From positions 1 to 64,000 of IMG/VR virus record IMGVR_UViG_3300027782_000025: 64,000 bases of DNA, one strand, 5' to 3'. The position numbers were made by a program, and so were the translations under genes. The notes under the pieces were generated by a model. That model was not told where the DNA came from. It saw only the letters and a list, made by a program, of their open reading frames with translations, and made no database searches. Of the stretch, positions 24,817-34,838 are shown one piece after another (positions within the stretch are counted from its first letter, which is position 1; each line of letters starts with the position of its first letter).

Positions 24817-25227
24817 TTATCGCTGGTCGAAAATCTCAACCGACTTACCATTCAGCTCAATCCTCATCCGCGACTGCTTCGTCTCCTCGTCCAAAACCAC
24901 CTGAACCTTCGCCGACGGATGAATCTTAGAAATCAGATGAGCACTTATCAGATCAGGATGAATACCATCAGGCTCATCATCATTCCAGAACACAAAAGTA
25001 CTATTTTCAAAAACCACAAGATACCTAGCGTAATCATCATCTATCAAAAAGAAATAAGACCCTTGCAACTCAACACTAGAAACTTGGTAAAAAATATCGA
25101 CCGGGTCAAGATACCCAACAGTCACAGCCCTGGCAAACTTGCCAATGCCGCCGTGCGGCCTCACCAATGGCAAAGTCCCGGCGTCCAACATCTGCTTGTA
25201 CTTCAGAACAATTTCTGAGTCCGTCAT
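24817..25227 (-). CDS. Hypothetical protein
   Basis: Promoter 25247-25274 (-), SD AGGAGG. Confidence 0.7.
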   Translation of the reverse strand: MTDSEIVLKYKQMLDAGTLPLVRPHGGIGKFARAVTVGYLDPVDIFYQVSSVELQGSYFFLIDDDYARYLVVFENSTFVFWNDDEPDGIHPDLISAHLISKIHPSAKVQVVLDEETKQSRMRIELNGKSVEIFDQR

Positions 25228-25386
25228 TCCTTAACCTCCTCAACACCCTGTAACAAACCAAAAAACGATTGCAATCCCCGGATTCCCTCATAATACATCG
25301 AACGTATTAAATAGGAAGCGAAACATTTACAAACCATATAGACCTTGCTACAGACTGTCGTGGTTACACTAACAAAGGAGGTTCAG

Positions 25387-26571
25387 ATGTTATCGGACAG
25401 TATCATCAGCAAGTTCAAGGTCGACCCGAGAGACTACCAGCGAAGGATCGTTCGGCAAGCCCTCGACATGTTCACCGGCAAGTACATCAGCCGAAGCGGA
25501 GCCAGCAACCCGCCATTCAAAAGCGTGATGGTTGAATCACCCACAGGCTCAGGCAAGACAGTCATCGGATTCCTCACCGCCAGCGCCCTCAGCGAAGAGC
25601 TAGGCATCGACCCCGATGACCTCGCAGTCGCTTGGATCGCCATGCGAAGGAACCTGCTCACCCAAGCCGAAAGAGAGAACATCTCCAAAGGCTTTAATAT
25701 CAAGAATATCCACTTCACCAGCATGTTTAACAAGCTCCCCGATGAGCTAGTTGCCCTCAAGAAAGCTGGCAAGAAGATCCTCTTCGTGGTTGACGAGTGC
25801 CATCACGACACCGCCAGCTCGATGGTCCACCTGCATAACTTGCTCGTGCCCGACTTTGTCCTCGGCCTAAGCGCCACCCCTTACAGGACCGACAAAGCGA
25901 ACTTGTGCTTCGAGAAGGTGATCAAGGACTGTGGGATCCACCAGCTAATCGCTGCAGGATACCTAAGCCCCTACGACCACTTCACGATCACAGATTGGAA
26001 GCCAGAGACAGTCGTCGAGCGGTTCACAGCTGAGCCAGAACGATGGGGCAAAAGCGTGATGTTCTTCAAGAATCTCGAAGAATGCTTCGTCACCAAGGCC
26101 CTACTCGACGCTCAAGGATACAAGTCCGAGGTCGTCACAGGTGCCAGCGATGCCGAGCAGCAGATCGATGATTTCCAAGAAGGAAAGGTGAATATCCTCA
26201 TCAACTGCATGAAGCTCACCGAGGGCTTCGATTGCCCCGACATCAAGACAGTGTGGGTCCGTGACTCAGGCAAAGGCACCACGACACAGATGGCTGGGCG
26301 CGTCTTCCGCATCCATCCCGACCTACCTGTGAAGCAGGTGGTGCAGTCCAAGGTCACCCGATGGCCCTGCCTCAAGACCGCCATGCCGAAGATCCAGTAC
26401 AGCTACGAGAATGGCGAGTGGATGAGTTTGACCATCAATCCCAAGATCGATGAGATGACCCACAACTCCCGACGAGCCATCGCTTCGGCCGTGGTCGACA
26501 TCCCAGTTTACATTCTGAATAAGCAGGCGAAAGGCAGAAGAAAGCCAAGTGCTACGGAGCGTGTAATATAG
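25387..26571 (+). CDS. Superfamily 2 (DExH) helicase
   Basis: SPTGSGKT, VVDECHH, GLSATP, LTEGFD, QMAGRVFR. Confidence 0.9.
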   Translation: MLSDSIISKFKVDPRDYQRRIVRQALDMFTGKYISRSGASNPPFKSVMVESPTGSGKTVIGFLTASALSEELGIDPDDLAVAWIAMRRNLLTQAERENISKGFNIKNIHFTSMFNKLPDELVALKKAGKKILFVVDECHHDTASSMVHLHNLLVPDFVLGLSATPYRTDKANLCFEKVIKDCGIHQLIAAGYLSPYDHFTITDWKPETVVERFTAEPERWGKSVMFFKNLEECFVTKALLDAQGYKSEVVTGASDAEQQIDDFQEGKVNILINCMKLTEGFDCPDIKTVWVRDSGKGTTTQMAGRVFRIHPDLPVKQVVQSKVTRWPCLKTAMPKIQYSYENGEWMSLTINPKIDEMTHNSRRAIASAVVDIPVYILNKQAKGRRKPSATERVI

Positions 26572-26687
26572 GTCTTACCTCCCCCATAGTATCTAAGGAA
26601 TTATGGGGGAGTATTGCAAAAGTAGAAAAGTCTGTTACAAGGATATGTGGTTTTAATAACAATGGTTTCCTTCGAAAGGGGAATAAG

Positions 26688-27851
26688 ATGAAGATTGATT
26701 ACCGAAATGCGTCGATTAAAGATCTGAAATGCGTGTCTACTGTGGACAAGCACCGCAACAAGGTCACCGGCATCGAGGTCGATGGCGAAGTGATCAAGCC
26801 GACCGAACGCTTCTGGACGAGCGTCTGCTCACGATTCGGCTTTAACCCCAGCGTGTTCAAATACTTCGAGCACGAAGAAGTGTTCACCCGCATCTCCGAG
26901 AAGCAGCATGGTGGCCAGCTCGGCCTCACGATCGAGCGGAACGATGATGGCCTCAACAGGCTCCTAGGTGTGTCCAGCCCATCCAAGCCAGTCGCTCGCC
27001 ACGAGCAGCTGATCAGCACGCTTGACAAGTTCAAGGCAGAAGGTATCACCTACTCCAATGGGGTGATCTCTAGCCAGCACACCCCACGTGTGAACAACGG
27101 CTTCATCACCGCTGGCGATGCCTTCTCCGCCAAGTTCTTCCTTAACACCCCGATCGACGGCTATGGCGCCCCATCGATCTACCTCGGGCTTCTCCGCCAA
27201 GTGTGTGCAAATGGCATGGTCGCCCTCAGCAAAGCATTCCGCTCCGACCTCTCCCTCGGGAAGGGCGAAGACAACGTGATGCCAGCGATCATCCGAGCAC
27301 TCGACAGCTTCAACAACGACGAAGGCTACGCTGCACTCCAGCAGCGCGTCGAATCGTCCACAAAGTCTTGGGCCTCGATGTACGAAGCGAACAGCCTTCA
27401 CCAGCTGCTCTACAAGACCTTCGCACAGAACAGCCTCAAGTCCATCGAGACCGACGTGCCCCCCGAAGGCACCAAGCTCCACGAGCTGTTCCCCTCAGGA
27501 GTTGAACTCGAGTCCTATCGCAAGATCGGCAACCCGCTGTTCAAGGCCTTCCACACGATGACCGGAGACGCAGGAATGCTCTACGGCCTGTCGAATCTCG
27601 ACGCTCTCTCCAGCAAGAGACAGCGAGCATTGCCAGTGAAGTGCTCAGCTTACGATCTCATCAACTTCGCCACAGAAGTCGCCACCCACTATGCAAATGG
27701 TGATGGTGCCCGCAAGCTGAACGGCTGGGTTGGTGATATGATCGCCAACGAGTTCGACATGGAGAACACGATGGACGAGAACAAGGACTTCACCGACACC
27801 TTCCTCAGATCACAGATGAACATGATCACAGACAAGGTCGGAGCGAACTAA
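26688..27851 (+). CDS. DUF932-like phage protein
   Basis: LLRQVCANGM motif; own promoter 26614-26641. Confidence 0.6.
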   Translation: MKIDYRNASIKDLKCVSTVDKHRNKVTGIEVDGEVIKPTERFWTSVCSRFGFNPSVFKYFEHEEVFTRISEKQHGGQLGLTIERNDDGLNRLLGVSSPSKPVARHEQLISTLDKFKAEGITYSNGVISSQHTPRVNNGFITAGDAFSAKFFLNTPIDGYGAPSIYLGLLRQVCANGMVALSKAFRSDLSLGKGEDNVMPAIIRALDSFNNDEGYAALQQRVESSTKSWASMYEANSLHQLLYKTFAQNSLKSIETDVPPEGTKLHELFPSGVELESYRKIGNPLFKAFHTMTGDAGMLYGLSNLDALSSKRQRALPVKCSAYDLINFATEVATHYANGDGARKLNGWVGDMIANEFDMENTMDENKDFTDTFLRSQMNMITDKVGAN

Positions 27852-27986
27852 CCACTAGTAAGTTCCCCCAGATGAAATACTCTGGGGGGATTTATTATAT
27901 CCACCCATTGCCTCGGTGGAAAGCCTATTGCGCAGAACATATAACCCTGCTACAGAACAAAACAACCCACAACCAAGGAGCTAAGT

Positions 27987-28487
27987 ATGGACAGCAAAAA
28001 AGACATAAGAGAAGACATCATCAGCAACATCCGACACAACGACCCACTCGCTGGGCCGATGGTCCTCATCCCTGGCAAAGTATTCAGTAAACTACTCAAC
28101 CCAGGCCAGTCGACCGAACCCGAAACCACAAAGGAAGGCTACATCTTCCCATGGTCCCTAGATGAAAACACCATAAAATTCATCTTTGAGAACAACGGCG
28201 ATGTCATAGCTGTCGATAGCATCGTGCCAGAAGAAATCCTAGTAGTCAAAAAACACCTACTCGATTACGACAACTCCGGGCACACCCATGAAGTCATCGA
28301 AATCAGAAGCGGCACGGCCAAAGGCACCCGTTACCTCCGCCACGACGAGCCCACGCTCGAAGAGTACATGAGCCAGCGCCTCAAGGCAACGCGTAAAGGC
28401 ATAAGCGAACTCATAAAAGAAAACCTCTACGGGGATTTCTGCACAGACACCCGCGCCGAATACCTAGAAATCATCAACAGAAAATAA
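27987..28487 (+). CDS. Hypothetical protein
   Basis: Promoter 27928-27956, SD AAGGAG. Confidence 0.75.
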   Translation: MDSKKDIREDIISNIRHNDPLAGPMVLIPGKVFSKLLNPGQSTEPETTKEGYIFPWSLDENTIKFIFENNGDVIAVDSIVPEEILVVKKHLLDYDNSGHTHEVIEIRSGTAKGTRYLRHDEPTLEEYMSQRLKATRKGISELIKENLYGDFCTDTRAEYLEIINRK

Positions 28488-28519
28488 GTAACTAACCTAT
28501 ACCATAAAGGAGAATACAC

Positions 28520-29227
28520 ATGAAAGCAACTGAACCAGCTAAAGAGCAAACCTGCGTCGTCTTCAGCTACATCCCATTCGTCGACCTCAGCGAAATAAAC
28601 CAATATATGGGAAAACTAAATGAAAACACCACCGACAAAGACAAACTAACAGCAACCATCGAAAAAAGCATCATGGACGCGCAAGACAAAATGCCACTCT
28701 CAAGAGGAGTACTATGGTGCAACGACAACGAAAGCAACACCACCGCCGCCATGATCATCCTCGAACACAGCGCCAAAGAACTACAGGAACACATGCTAAC
28801 TTGGGCCGACGGTAAATCAACAAGATTCTCATGGTTCATCGAAAGAGAACATAATAACTATACATCCCCATCAAAATACTCCCTAGGAATAATAGCTGAC
28901 CCCCAACAAAGCATCGACAGATTCAAAATCGCACATGAAATCTTCAACGCCAAACCAGAACTCCCAGACGACAACAGCTACAAAGTATACAGCGTACCCA
29001 TCATTTCCACTCAGGAAACCGACACCTCCGTCATCGAACTAAACCAAGCGCTAAACAAAAACCTCTACACCGACGTACAGACACTAAGTATCGGCTTCGT
29101 CAACATCGAAGACATACTCAACGACGACGGGGAATTAGATCGAGATAAATTTAATAAATTAGTCGACACCTACGGATGGATGGTCCTAGAAAAAATAGCC
29201 AACGTTAAACTTAAAGAAGAAGAATAA
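28520..29227 (+). CDS. Hypothetical protein
   Basis: SD AAGGAG. Confidence 0.75.
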   Translation: MKATEPAKEQTCVVFSYIPFVDLSEINQYMGKLNENTTDKDKLTATIEKSIMDAQDKMPLSRGVLWCNDNESNTTAAMIILEHSAKELQEHMLTWADGKSTRFSWFIEREHNNYTSPSKYSLGIIADPQQSIDRFKIAHEIFNAKPELPDDNSYKVYSVPIISTQETDTSVIELNQALNKNLYTDVQTLSIGFVNIEDILNDDGELDRDKFNKLVDTYGWMVLEKIANVKLKEEE

Positions 29228-29286
29228 TGTATCAATTTATTACCTTTTACCGTAGAATAAATCCCGACTCCCCACCCGCGTCCCCA

Positions 29287-29364
29287 ATGCTCTTACTCGG
29301 CATATTCTTATTCGTATTGACACTTATAATCATAGCCGTTTGGATTTGTAGAGACGATAATTAA
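29287..29364 (+). CDS. Possible 25-aa membrane peptide
   Basis: MLLLGIFLFVLTLIIIAVWICRDDN; no clear SD. Confidence 0.3.
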   Translation: MLLLGIFLFVLTLIIIAVWICRDDN

Positions 29365-29963
29365 CCCCATTGCTCAGCCATCGCCGCCGCGATCCCATCA
29401 TAGGTCTTAGACCTCAACTTCCACCGATCCTTCGACGGTGGCAAATAATGCATCCTATTCCTCTCCCGGTGCGGCAACGCCATCATCTCCGCCTTCACAT
29501 TATTAGTCCCCACCAGCGCCGGCAGGCCCTTCAACCATAAACAAGTCGCCTTCTGCTCAGTGTGACCAAACATCCAAGGCTGAATCACCTGCGCATAACT
29601 AACCCCCACTAAAACCCGCGCATACTTATGCATAATAGGGTTCTCAACACAAACCCTCTTAACATCCGCGTGATACAACAATTTAAAGAATTCCGCCGCC
29701 TCCGCCAACCGATCCCAGCGCGAAGGATCCTTATGAAGCCAACACACACCCGCGTTCGTCATATACGTGCACGGTGGATGCGCGACCATCAGGTCCCAGG
29801 TTTGAGCCCCTGGCCCGTTGATAAGGTGCATCACATCCCCCATTATATGATTAGGAGACCCATCATCCGCGGGAAGTAAATCACAAGACCAAGCATCATG
29901 CCCCTTAGACGCGAAGGCACGCCGGACCGTTCCACTGTATTCGCACGCGACAAGTACACGCAT
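29361..29963 (-). CDS. DNA cytosine methyltransferase-like protein
   Basis: VLVACEYSG (SAM motif I variant), WDLMVAHPPC (catalytic PC), VCVENP. Confidence 0.75.
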   Translation of the reverse strand: MRVLVACEYSGTVRRAFASKGHDAWSCDLLPADDGSPNHIMGDVMHLINGPGAQTWDLMVAHPPCTYMTNAGVCWLHKDPSRWDRLAEAAEFFKLLYHADVKRVCVENPIMHKYARVLVGVSYAQVIQPWMFGHTEQKATCLWLKGLPALVGTNNVKAEMMALPHRERNRMHYLPPSKDRWKLRSKTYDGIAAAMAEQWG

Positions 29964-30004
29964 AATTTTAGCCCTTTAAAAAAACAATACATATATATAC
30001 AAAA

Positions 30005-30040
30005 ATTCCCTCGGCAACAGCATCGCCGAGGGAATAAAAT
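30005..30040. terminator. 11-bp hairpin flanked by A tracts (terminator on -)
   Basis: ATTCCCTCGGC/GCCGAGGGAAT. Confidence 0.6.
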
Positions 30041-30050
30041 TAATAATTAA

Positions 30051-30329
30051 TTATAATAAATCAACAGTCAGCATTTCCTTATCCAGCTTCAGGAAATATG
30101 AAAACTCAATCCTATGGGTAGGCACAAGTCTATCAGGATCAGTAACTGTCCACACATTAACCCGCCAATGATCACCAAACACATTATGAGCGTCAGTCTG
30201 ATAATGATTATCAGGATAGGTCCCAGACTGCCGCATCAACCTATGGACAGCGCTAGTAACATGGTCAAGGTTAGATTTCTCGGACTTTGGCTTCTTAACC
30301 ACAGTTTCACCCGCCTTAATTGTTTTCAT
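30051..30329 (-). CDS. Hypothetical protein
   Basis: Promoter 30377-30404 (-), SD GGAGG. Confidence 0.7.
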   Translation of the reverse strand: MKTIKAGETVVKKPKSEKSNLDHVTSAVHRLMRQSGTYPDNHYQTDAHNVFGDHWRVNVWTVTDPDRLVPTHRIEFSYFLKLDKEMLTVDLL

Positions 30330-30532
30330 CACCAAATGCCTCCCATAATTAAAGGAACATGTTAATCACATGATACTTTGTAACAAGGAATAGAGCACCA
30401 GCAATATTGTAGGGGAAAAGCGCCCACCTAAACAGGGGCCGACCAACACGACCAGCCCCACACCCTTCCCCCAAAAAATCTTTGAACAATAAACGAACCA
30501 ACCAATAGATTAATTACAAGTATTAAAAAAGT

Positions 30533-31147
30533 ATGAACCATACACTAATAATCATAATCGCTCTGGCCGCCCAAGACCCACGCAACGCTCCATGCGTCAA
30601 CGGTAACTGCCCAATACAAAACAATAACCAAAATAACCAACAAATAAACCTCCCACTCCGGGCACGGGACGACACCATCGGCGCCAGCCGGCTCGATTTC
30701 AAGTATATTGACCAACAAGTTCACAGCCTCAGAACCTGCATAAGCACCGGGAGTAAAACCCCCCTAGAATATGCACTAACATGCAAAGACGCCAGACTCC
30801 GCGCCGCCGCCAACCTAGTCGCCACCGACTACGGGACAGAATTCCTGCCAGACCTGATCAAAAACATCACCGACGAAGACATAGCCGTCCAACAAACCGC
30901 ACGCCAAAGCCTGGTACGCCTAGCCAGAAAAGCCTACAACATAACCACCCCCGTCCAAACCATGACCGGGCCCAAAGAACCAATCGACTTCGGACCAATG
31001 GCAACAGACAACAGCACCCAGGCTAGCACATCACAAACAATGTGGGAACTATGGCACCGTGCCCTAAAACCTGAAAACATAGCCAACATAAACAAACCCA
31101 AAGACCTACAGGTAAATATAAAGGGAGTAGAACCCAAACCCAAATAA
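30533..31147 (+). CDS. Secreted protein with CxNGNCP motif and HEAT-like segment
   Basis: Hydrophobic N-terminus; PCVNGNCP; LIKNITDED.AVQQTARQSL. Confidence 0.65.
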   Translation: MNHTLIIIIALAAQDPRNAPCVNGNCPIQNNNQNNQQINLPLRARDDTIGASRLDFKYIDQQVHSLRTCISTGSKTPLEYALTCKDARLRAAANLVATDYGTEFLPDLIKNITDEDIAVQQTARQSLVRLARKAYNITTPVQTMTGPKEPIDFGPMATDNSTQASTSQTMWELWHRALKPENIANINKPKDLQVNIKGVEPKPK

Positions 31148-31158
31148 AGGAAAGAAAC

Positions 31159-31431
31159 ATGAAAAAGACTCTAACCGCCCTCCTGGCCATCACCCTTCTC
31201 CTCAGCGCAACCAATATCGCCGACGCACGCGAAAGAAAATTCACGCCGATTAAAAACCTCCTTGAAAAACGAAAAGAATCCAACCGCGGCCTAATAAACA
31301 GAGCCCTGACCAGGATAGAAACTAGAAGAAATAAAATAAATTATGTAGAAATGGACGCCCAAACCACCATCAGGCTCACCAGCAAAAGTTGCGCCAACGG
31401 GAACTGCCCAATCCCAACCTACGACTTCTAA
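31159..31431 (+). CDS. Small secreted protein with CxNGNCP motif
   Basis: Signal peptide MKKTLTALLAITLLLSATNIADA; SCANGNCP. Confidence 0.7.
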   Translation: MKKTLTALLAITLLLSATNIADARERKFTPIKNLLEKRKESNRGLINRALTRIETRRNKINYVEMDAQTTIRLTSKSCANGNCPIPTYDF

Positions 31432-31484
31432 CGCATTTCCTTCTAGGAAACCATTAAATAAACCATCAATAAATAAATCCCCAA

Positions 31485-32231
31485 ATGACACCAATCACCA
31501 CCACCGTCGAACTAGACACAAGCACAGCCGCCAACCTGGGGACCAACGGCGGCTACAGACAACACCCAACCATAAACAACCAAACCAACACAAGCGCAAC
31601 CTACCCAGCCAAAATAATAAGCACAAGCAACACCGGCACCATAATCCAAACAATCCGCGCCATAACCATCACCGCCTACCCAACATACAACCCAAACAAC
31701 AACAACCCAACCCAAAACATTCTAAGCGCCACCAACCCAACAAACCCGACCCAACCAACAAACCCCACCAACCCCACCAACCCCACAGAGCCCCAAGCAA
31801 CTGACATAAGCATATCAACCAGCATCATCCTAACCTTCGACGCCATCTCCAAAACCATCTACACCCTAAACCAACCCAGCGGCCCAGATATAAGCCCATA
31901 CCTCCAAATGCAAATCTGTAACTGGACCGGTTACCTAAATGCCACCCCAAAAGGAACAACCAACATAATACCCTACAACGGCGCCCTCGCCGGAGAAAAT
32001 AAAACGACCACCCCAAACCTAAAAAACACTACCATCACCTTTACCACGACAAACACAGCCAAAACCACAAACGGCATCACCGCCATCTGGTTCTACAAAG
32101 GACAACCCATCAACAAAGAAACACACGACCTATTAACCAGCCAAGGATATAACATACCCCTCCTAGGGAATACCGGATACGCTCAAAGTAACATCAACCT
32201 ACTCCTCACCCTCTCCGGACCCACCTCCTAA
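31485..32231 (+). CDS. T/N/P-rich low-complexity protein
   Basis: 248-aa ORF in extremely A/C-rich DNA; TNP repeats. Composition lowers stop frequency, so it could be spurious. Confidence 0.5.
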   Translation: MTPITTTVELDTSTAANLGTNGGYRQHPTINNQTNTSATYPAKIISTSNTGTIIQTIRAITITAYPTYNPNNNNPTQNILSATNPTNPTQPTNPTNPTNPTEPQATDISISTSIILTFDAISKTIYTLNQPSGPDISPYLQMQICNWTGYLNATPKGTTNIIPYNGALAGENKTTTPNLKNTTITFTTTNTAKTTNGITAIWFYKGQPINKETHDLLTSQGYNIPLLGNTGYAQSNINLLLTLSGPTS

Positions 32232-32720
32232 AAAGACCCGTTTCCTCCTAGGAAACCATTCACCTCCCCATAATCCCTTGTAACAAAATGCGCCCCAAGT
32301 TGCAATTGCACCACACCCATTTGCAATTGCAAAAAGAACCCCAACGCACAAAAAAGTCCAAAAAAAAAACCAAAGACATAGCCTAAAAAAGAAGGAAAAA
32401 AGACGAAAATTGCAAGCATGCGTAAATTGCGTCGCGTAAAAAAGAGAAAAAAGAGAAATAGTGGACTGACTCAACACTCTGCTTCTCGCCCATTTCTAAA
32501 TTTTCATCTTCTTTTCTTATTTCCCAAACGTTTTTTTCGAAATAATTTATAGTGGGCGTTCAACGAACGATATCCTTTTTTTTCTTTTTTACCAATGATC
32601 CGGATGTATAGTTTTTATGGTTTCTTTTTTTTGGGTTTTTATGGGGTTTTTATAGTCCGAGTCTTTTGATTTATGTATTAGTGATATTCGGGCTATTATT
32701 AGTAAAGTTAGGGGGGATTA
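32232..32720. other. Non-coding region with strand-skew inversion, candidate replication origin
   Basis: A/C-rich + strand to the left, T/G-rich to the right; two TGCAATTGCA palindromes 21 bp apart. Confidence 0.45.
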
Positions 32721-33086
32721 ATGAGTTATTCTTCTGGCCCTTGGGAGGTTACTACTTCTCTTGATCCAACGGTCTGTTTTTCTATAAAAAGCGATGGTGA
32801 TTTGATTGCTCAGATCGTAAAGACTGGTTCTCCTATGAGACCTAAAGAATCTATTGGTAATCCTAATTGGTTTATTGATAATGATCTTGATAATGTGACG
32901 GCTTTGGCTAATGTTAATCTTATAGCGGCGGCTCCGGATTTGCTTAGGGCGCTGGAGCTCTCTTTAGGAGCTTTGATGATGGCTTATCCTAAGTATAAGC
33001 ATGATAGGGTTAGGCAGAGTGAAGCTATCATTTTAGCTCGCGCTGTTATCGCCAAGGCGACAGGGTTAGATTTAATCGTTCCTTGA
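32721..33086 (+). CDS. Phage hypothetical (GPW...NLIAAAPDLL family)
   Basis: MSYSSGPWEV...ANVNLIAAAPDLLRAL. Confidence 0.75.
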   Translation: MSYSSGPWEVTTSLDPTVCFSIKSDGDLIAQIVKTGSPMRPKESIGNPNWFIDNDLDNVTALANVNLIAAAPDLLRALELSLGALMMAYPKYKHDRVRQSEAIILARAVIAKATGLDLIVP

Positions 33087-33282
33087 TTTTATTAGTTAAA
33101 ATTTATTTTATGAGCTATTTTTATTATTCTTTTTGTTCGATTATTTTTATCGTTTTTGTTACGTTTGGAGTTTAATTGTGTCTAATGAATATTATGTGAT
33201 GTTTCTTGTTATTTCTTTGATTTTTATGATTCAGGTGGGTGTTCCTATTATTATTGATTATTTTTATGGTGTTGATGAGGAT

Positions 33283-33846
33283 TTATAATGGTATTTGGAC
33301 GGCCCATGAGCTGTCTTTAAACGCTTTTACGTTTTTTTCTCCGAATATTTCATCTACGGCTTGTTTTACTCCGCTGTGGTAGTCATGTCCGCTTATTATT
33401 CCTCCGGCTTTTACTTTTTCTTTCCAGTTCTTTATGTCGTTTTTTACTGATCGGTAGTCGTGGTCTGCATCTATATATATTAGATGGTAGGAGCGGTTTG
33501 GTGTTTCTTTTGCAAGTTGGTTTGAGTTTACTTTTCTTTCTATGATGTTCGGGTTTCTTTTTTTCGTTTCTAGGAAGTCTTTGTATACTGTCTGGGCTCT
33601 TTGTGGTGGTTTTATAAATTCTTCCCAGATGTCGCAGCAGGTTATTTCTCCTACGTATTGGGCTATGAGTTCTGCTGATGCTCCTGCGTATGATCCTATT
33701 TCTAGAGCTGTCCAGGTTTTGTCTATTTTAAAGTGGTCTAGTAGGTCTTTTAGGCCGTGTAGTCTGTTGATGGCTGGCATTTGGGCGTTATAGTATTCGT
33801 CTGAGTGGTTTTCTGTTATTCTGTATCTGGCTAGGATGTGTTCCAT
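33283..33846 (-). CDS. Class I SAM methyltransferase (Methyltransf_24-like)
   Basis: LEIGSYAGAS; IYIDADHDY; GGIISGHDY. Confidence 0.85.
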   Translation of the reverse strand: MEHILARYRITENHSDEYYNAQMPAINRLHGLKDLLDHFKIDKTWTALEIGSYAGASAELIAQYVGEITCCDIWEEFIKPPQRAQTVYKDFLETKKRNPNIIERKVNSNQLAKETPNRSYHLIYIDADHDYRSVKNDIKNWKEKVKAGGIISGHDYHSGVKQAVDEIFGEKNVKAFKDSSWAVQIPL

Positions 33847-33967
33847 TTTCTTTCCTTTTTTTGGCGTTTTCTTTATATACTTTTTGTTTTTTTTTGTCTT
33901 GGCGGGCTTTTGGGTTAGCTTTTGCACTCTGATGCAAGGGAGATATCTTCATTGGGCTTGAATGTTA

Positions 33968-34597
33968 TTATTTAGCCGTGATATGTGTTATTTTTATTAG
34001 GCAATTGTTGCTTTTGTTTTTGGAAAGCGGCCAATTTATTATTTCATAATTTAAGTCTATAGTTTCTCTTAGTATATCTAGTCCTTTAATATACTTTGTA
34101 ATTGTGATGTGGTTATTATGTATGTCTTCGATATAATAAACGCCGTTTTTGTTTAATTTATCTAAGGAGGAGGTTAGGAATGATATGTTGGCTTCTGAAT
34201 TGTGTTCTCCGTCGTCTATGATGAGGTCGAAGGTTATATTTTTTAGTGATTCTTGGTTCCACATTTCTTCGATGGATATTTTATCTCTCTGGTCGACGTA
34301 GAATGTTTTTATTCTTTCTTCGTCTTTTAATATAGTTTCATCGATGTCTGCGCCATAGATGGTGGCGTTGGGGAAGTATTCTCTCCAGCCTCTTAGTGAT
34401 GCGCTTGGTGTCCCTCCTTGCCCCATGTTAGCCGGTATTTTTGGATTGGTTGTGCCTATTCCCAGTTCGAATACGTTTTTTATTTCGAGCTTTTGGTCAT
34501 TAAATTGTTTAAAGTATTCTATTGTATAATTATGTATACCGTTTCCTTTATCGCTACCGTTTTTTGTCATTATTTTGCATAGGGGTGTTACATCCAT
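33968..34597 (-). CDS. Class I SAM methyltransferase-like protein
   Basis: GSDKG...HNYT; FELGIG; WREYFPNA.IYGADID; DLIIDDG.H. Confidence 0.8.
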   Translation of the reverse strand: MDVTPLCKIMTKNGSDKGNGIHNYTIEYFKQFNDQKLEIKNVFELGIGTTNPKIPANMGQGGTPSASLRGWREYFPNATIYGADIDETILKDEERIKTFYVDQRDKISIEEMWNQESLKNITFDLIIDDGEHNSEANISFLTSSLDKLNKNGVYYIEDIHNNHITITKYIKGLDILRETIDLNYEIINWPLSKNKSNNCLIKITHITAK

Positions 34598-34838
34598 TGT
34601 TTTTTTCTTTCTTAAAGTCGAGGTGATTAACCTGCGCCATGGCGGTGCCGGTTTATCTATTTTTTTTTGATTCTACGTTGGACGCAAGGATGATATATGT
34701 GGTGGCCTTGCAGCATACGGGGTCTTATTTATTAAAAATGTTAGTGTCTGTCGGACATTTATAAAAATTGATTATTTTAAAATAATTGACTTAAATATAT
34801 AATGTTTATAAGATTAATTTTTTAGGGCTAAAATCACT

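Noticed and set aside
32248-32259. Second minigene ATG GTT TCC TAG
   Set aside because: The SD is only about 3 nt from the ATG, and the sequence is explained as a GGTTTCC-N5-GGAAA element.
31291-32477. Minus-strand Val/Gly/Phe-rich ORFs as membrane proteins
   Set aside because: They are by-products of the G/T-rich strand, with no SD and low complexity.
34600-34800. Second stop-hop gene (CAC TAA CAT) or Cys-finger remnant
   Set aside because: Further stops follow immediately, there is no SD, and no recognisable protein is restored.
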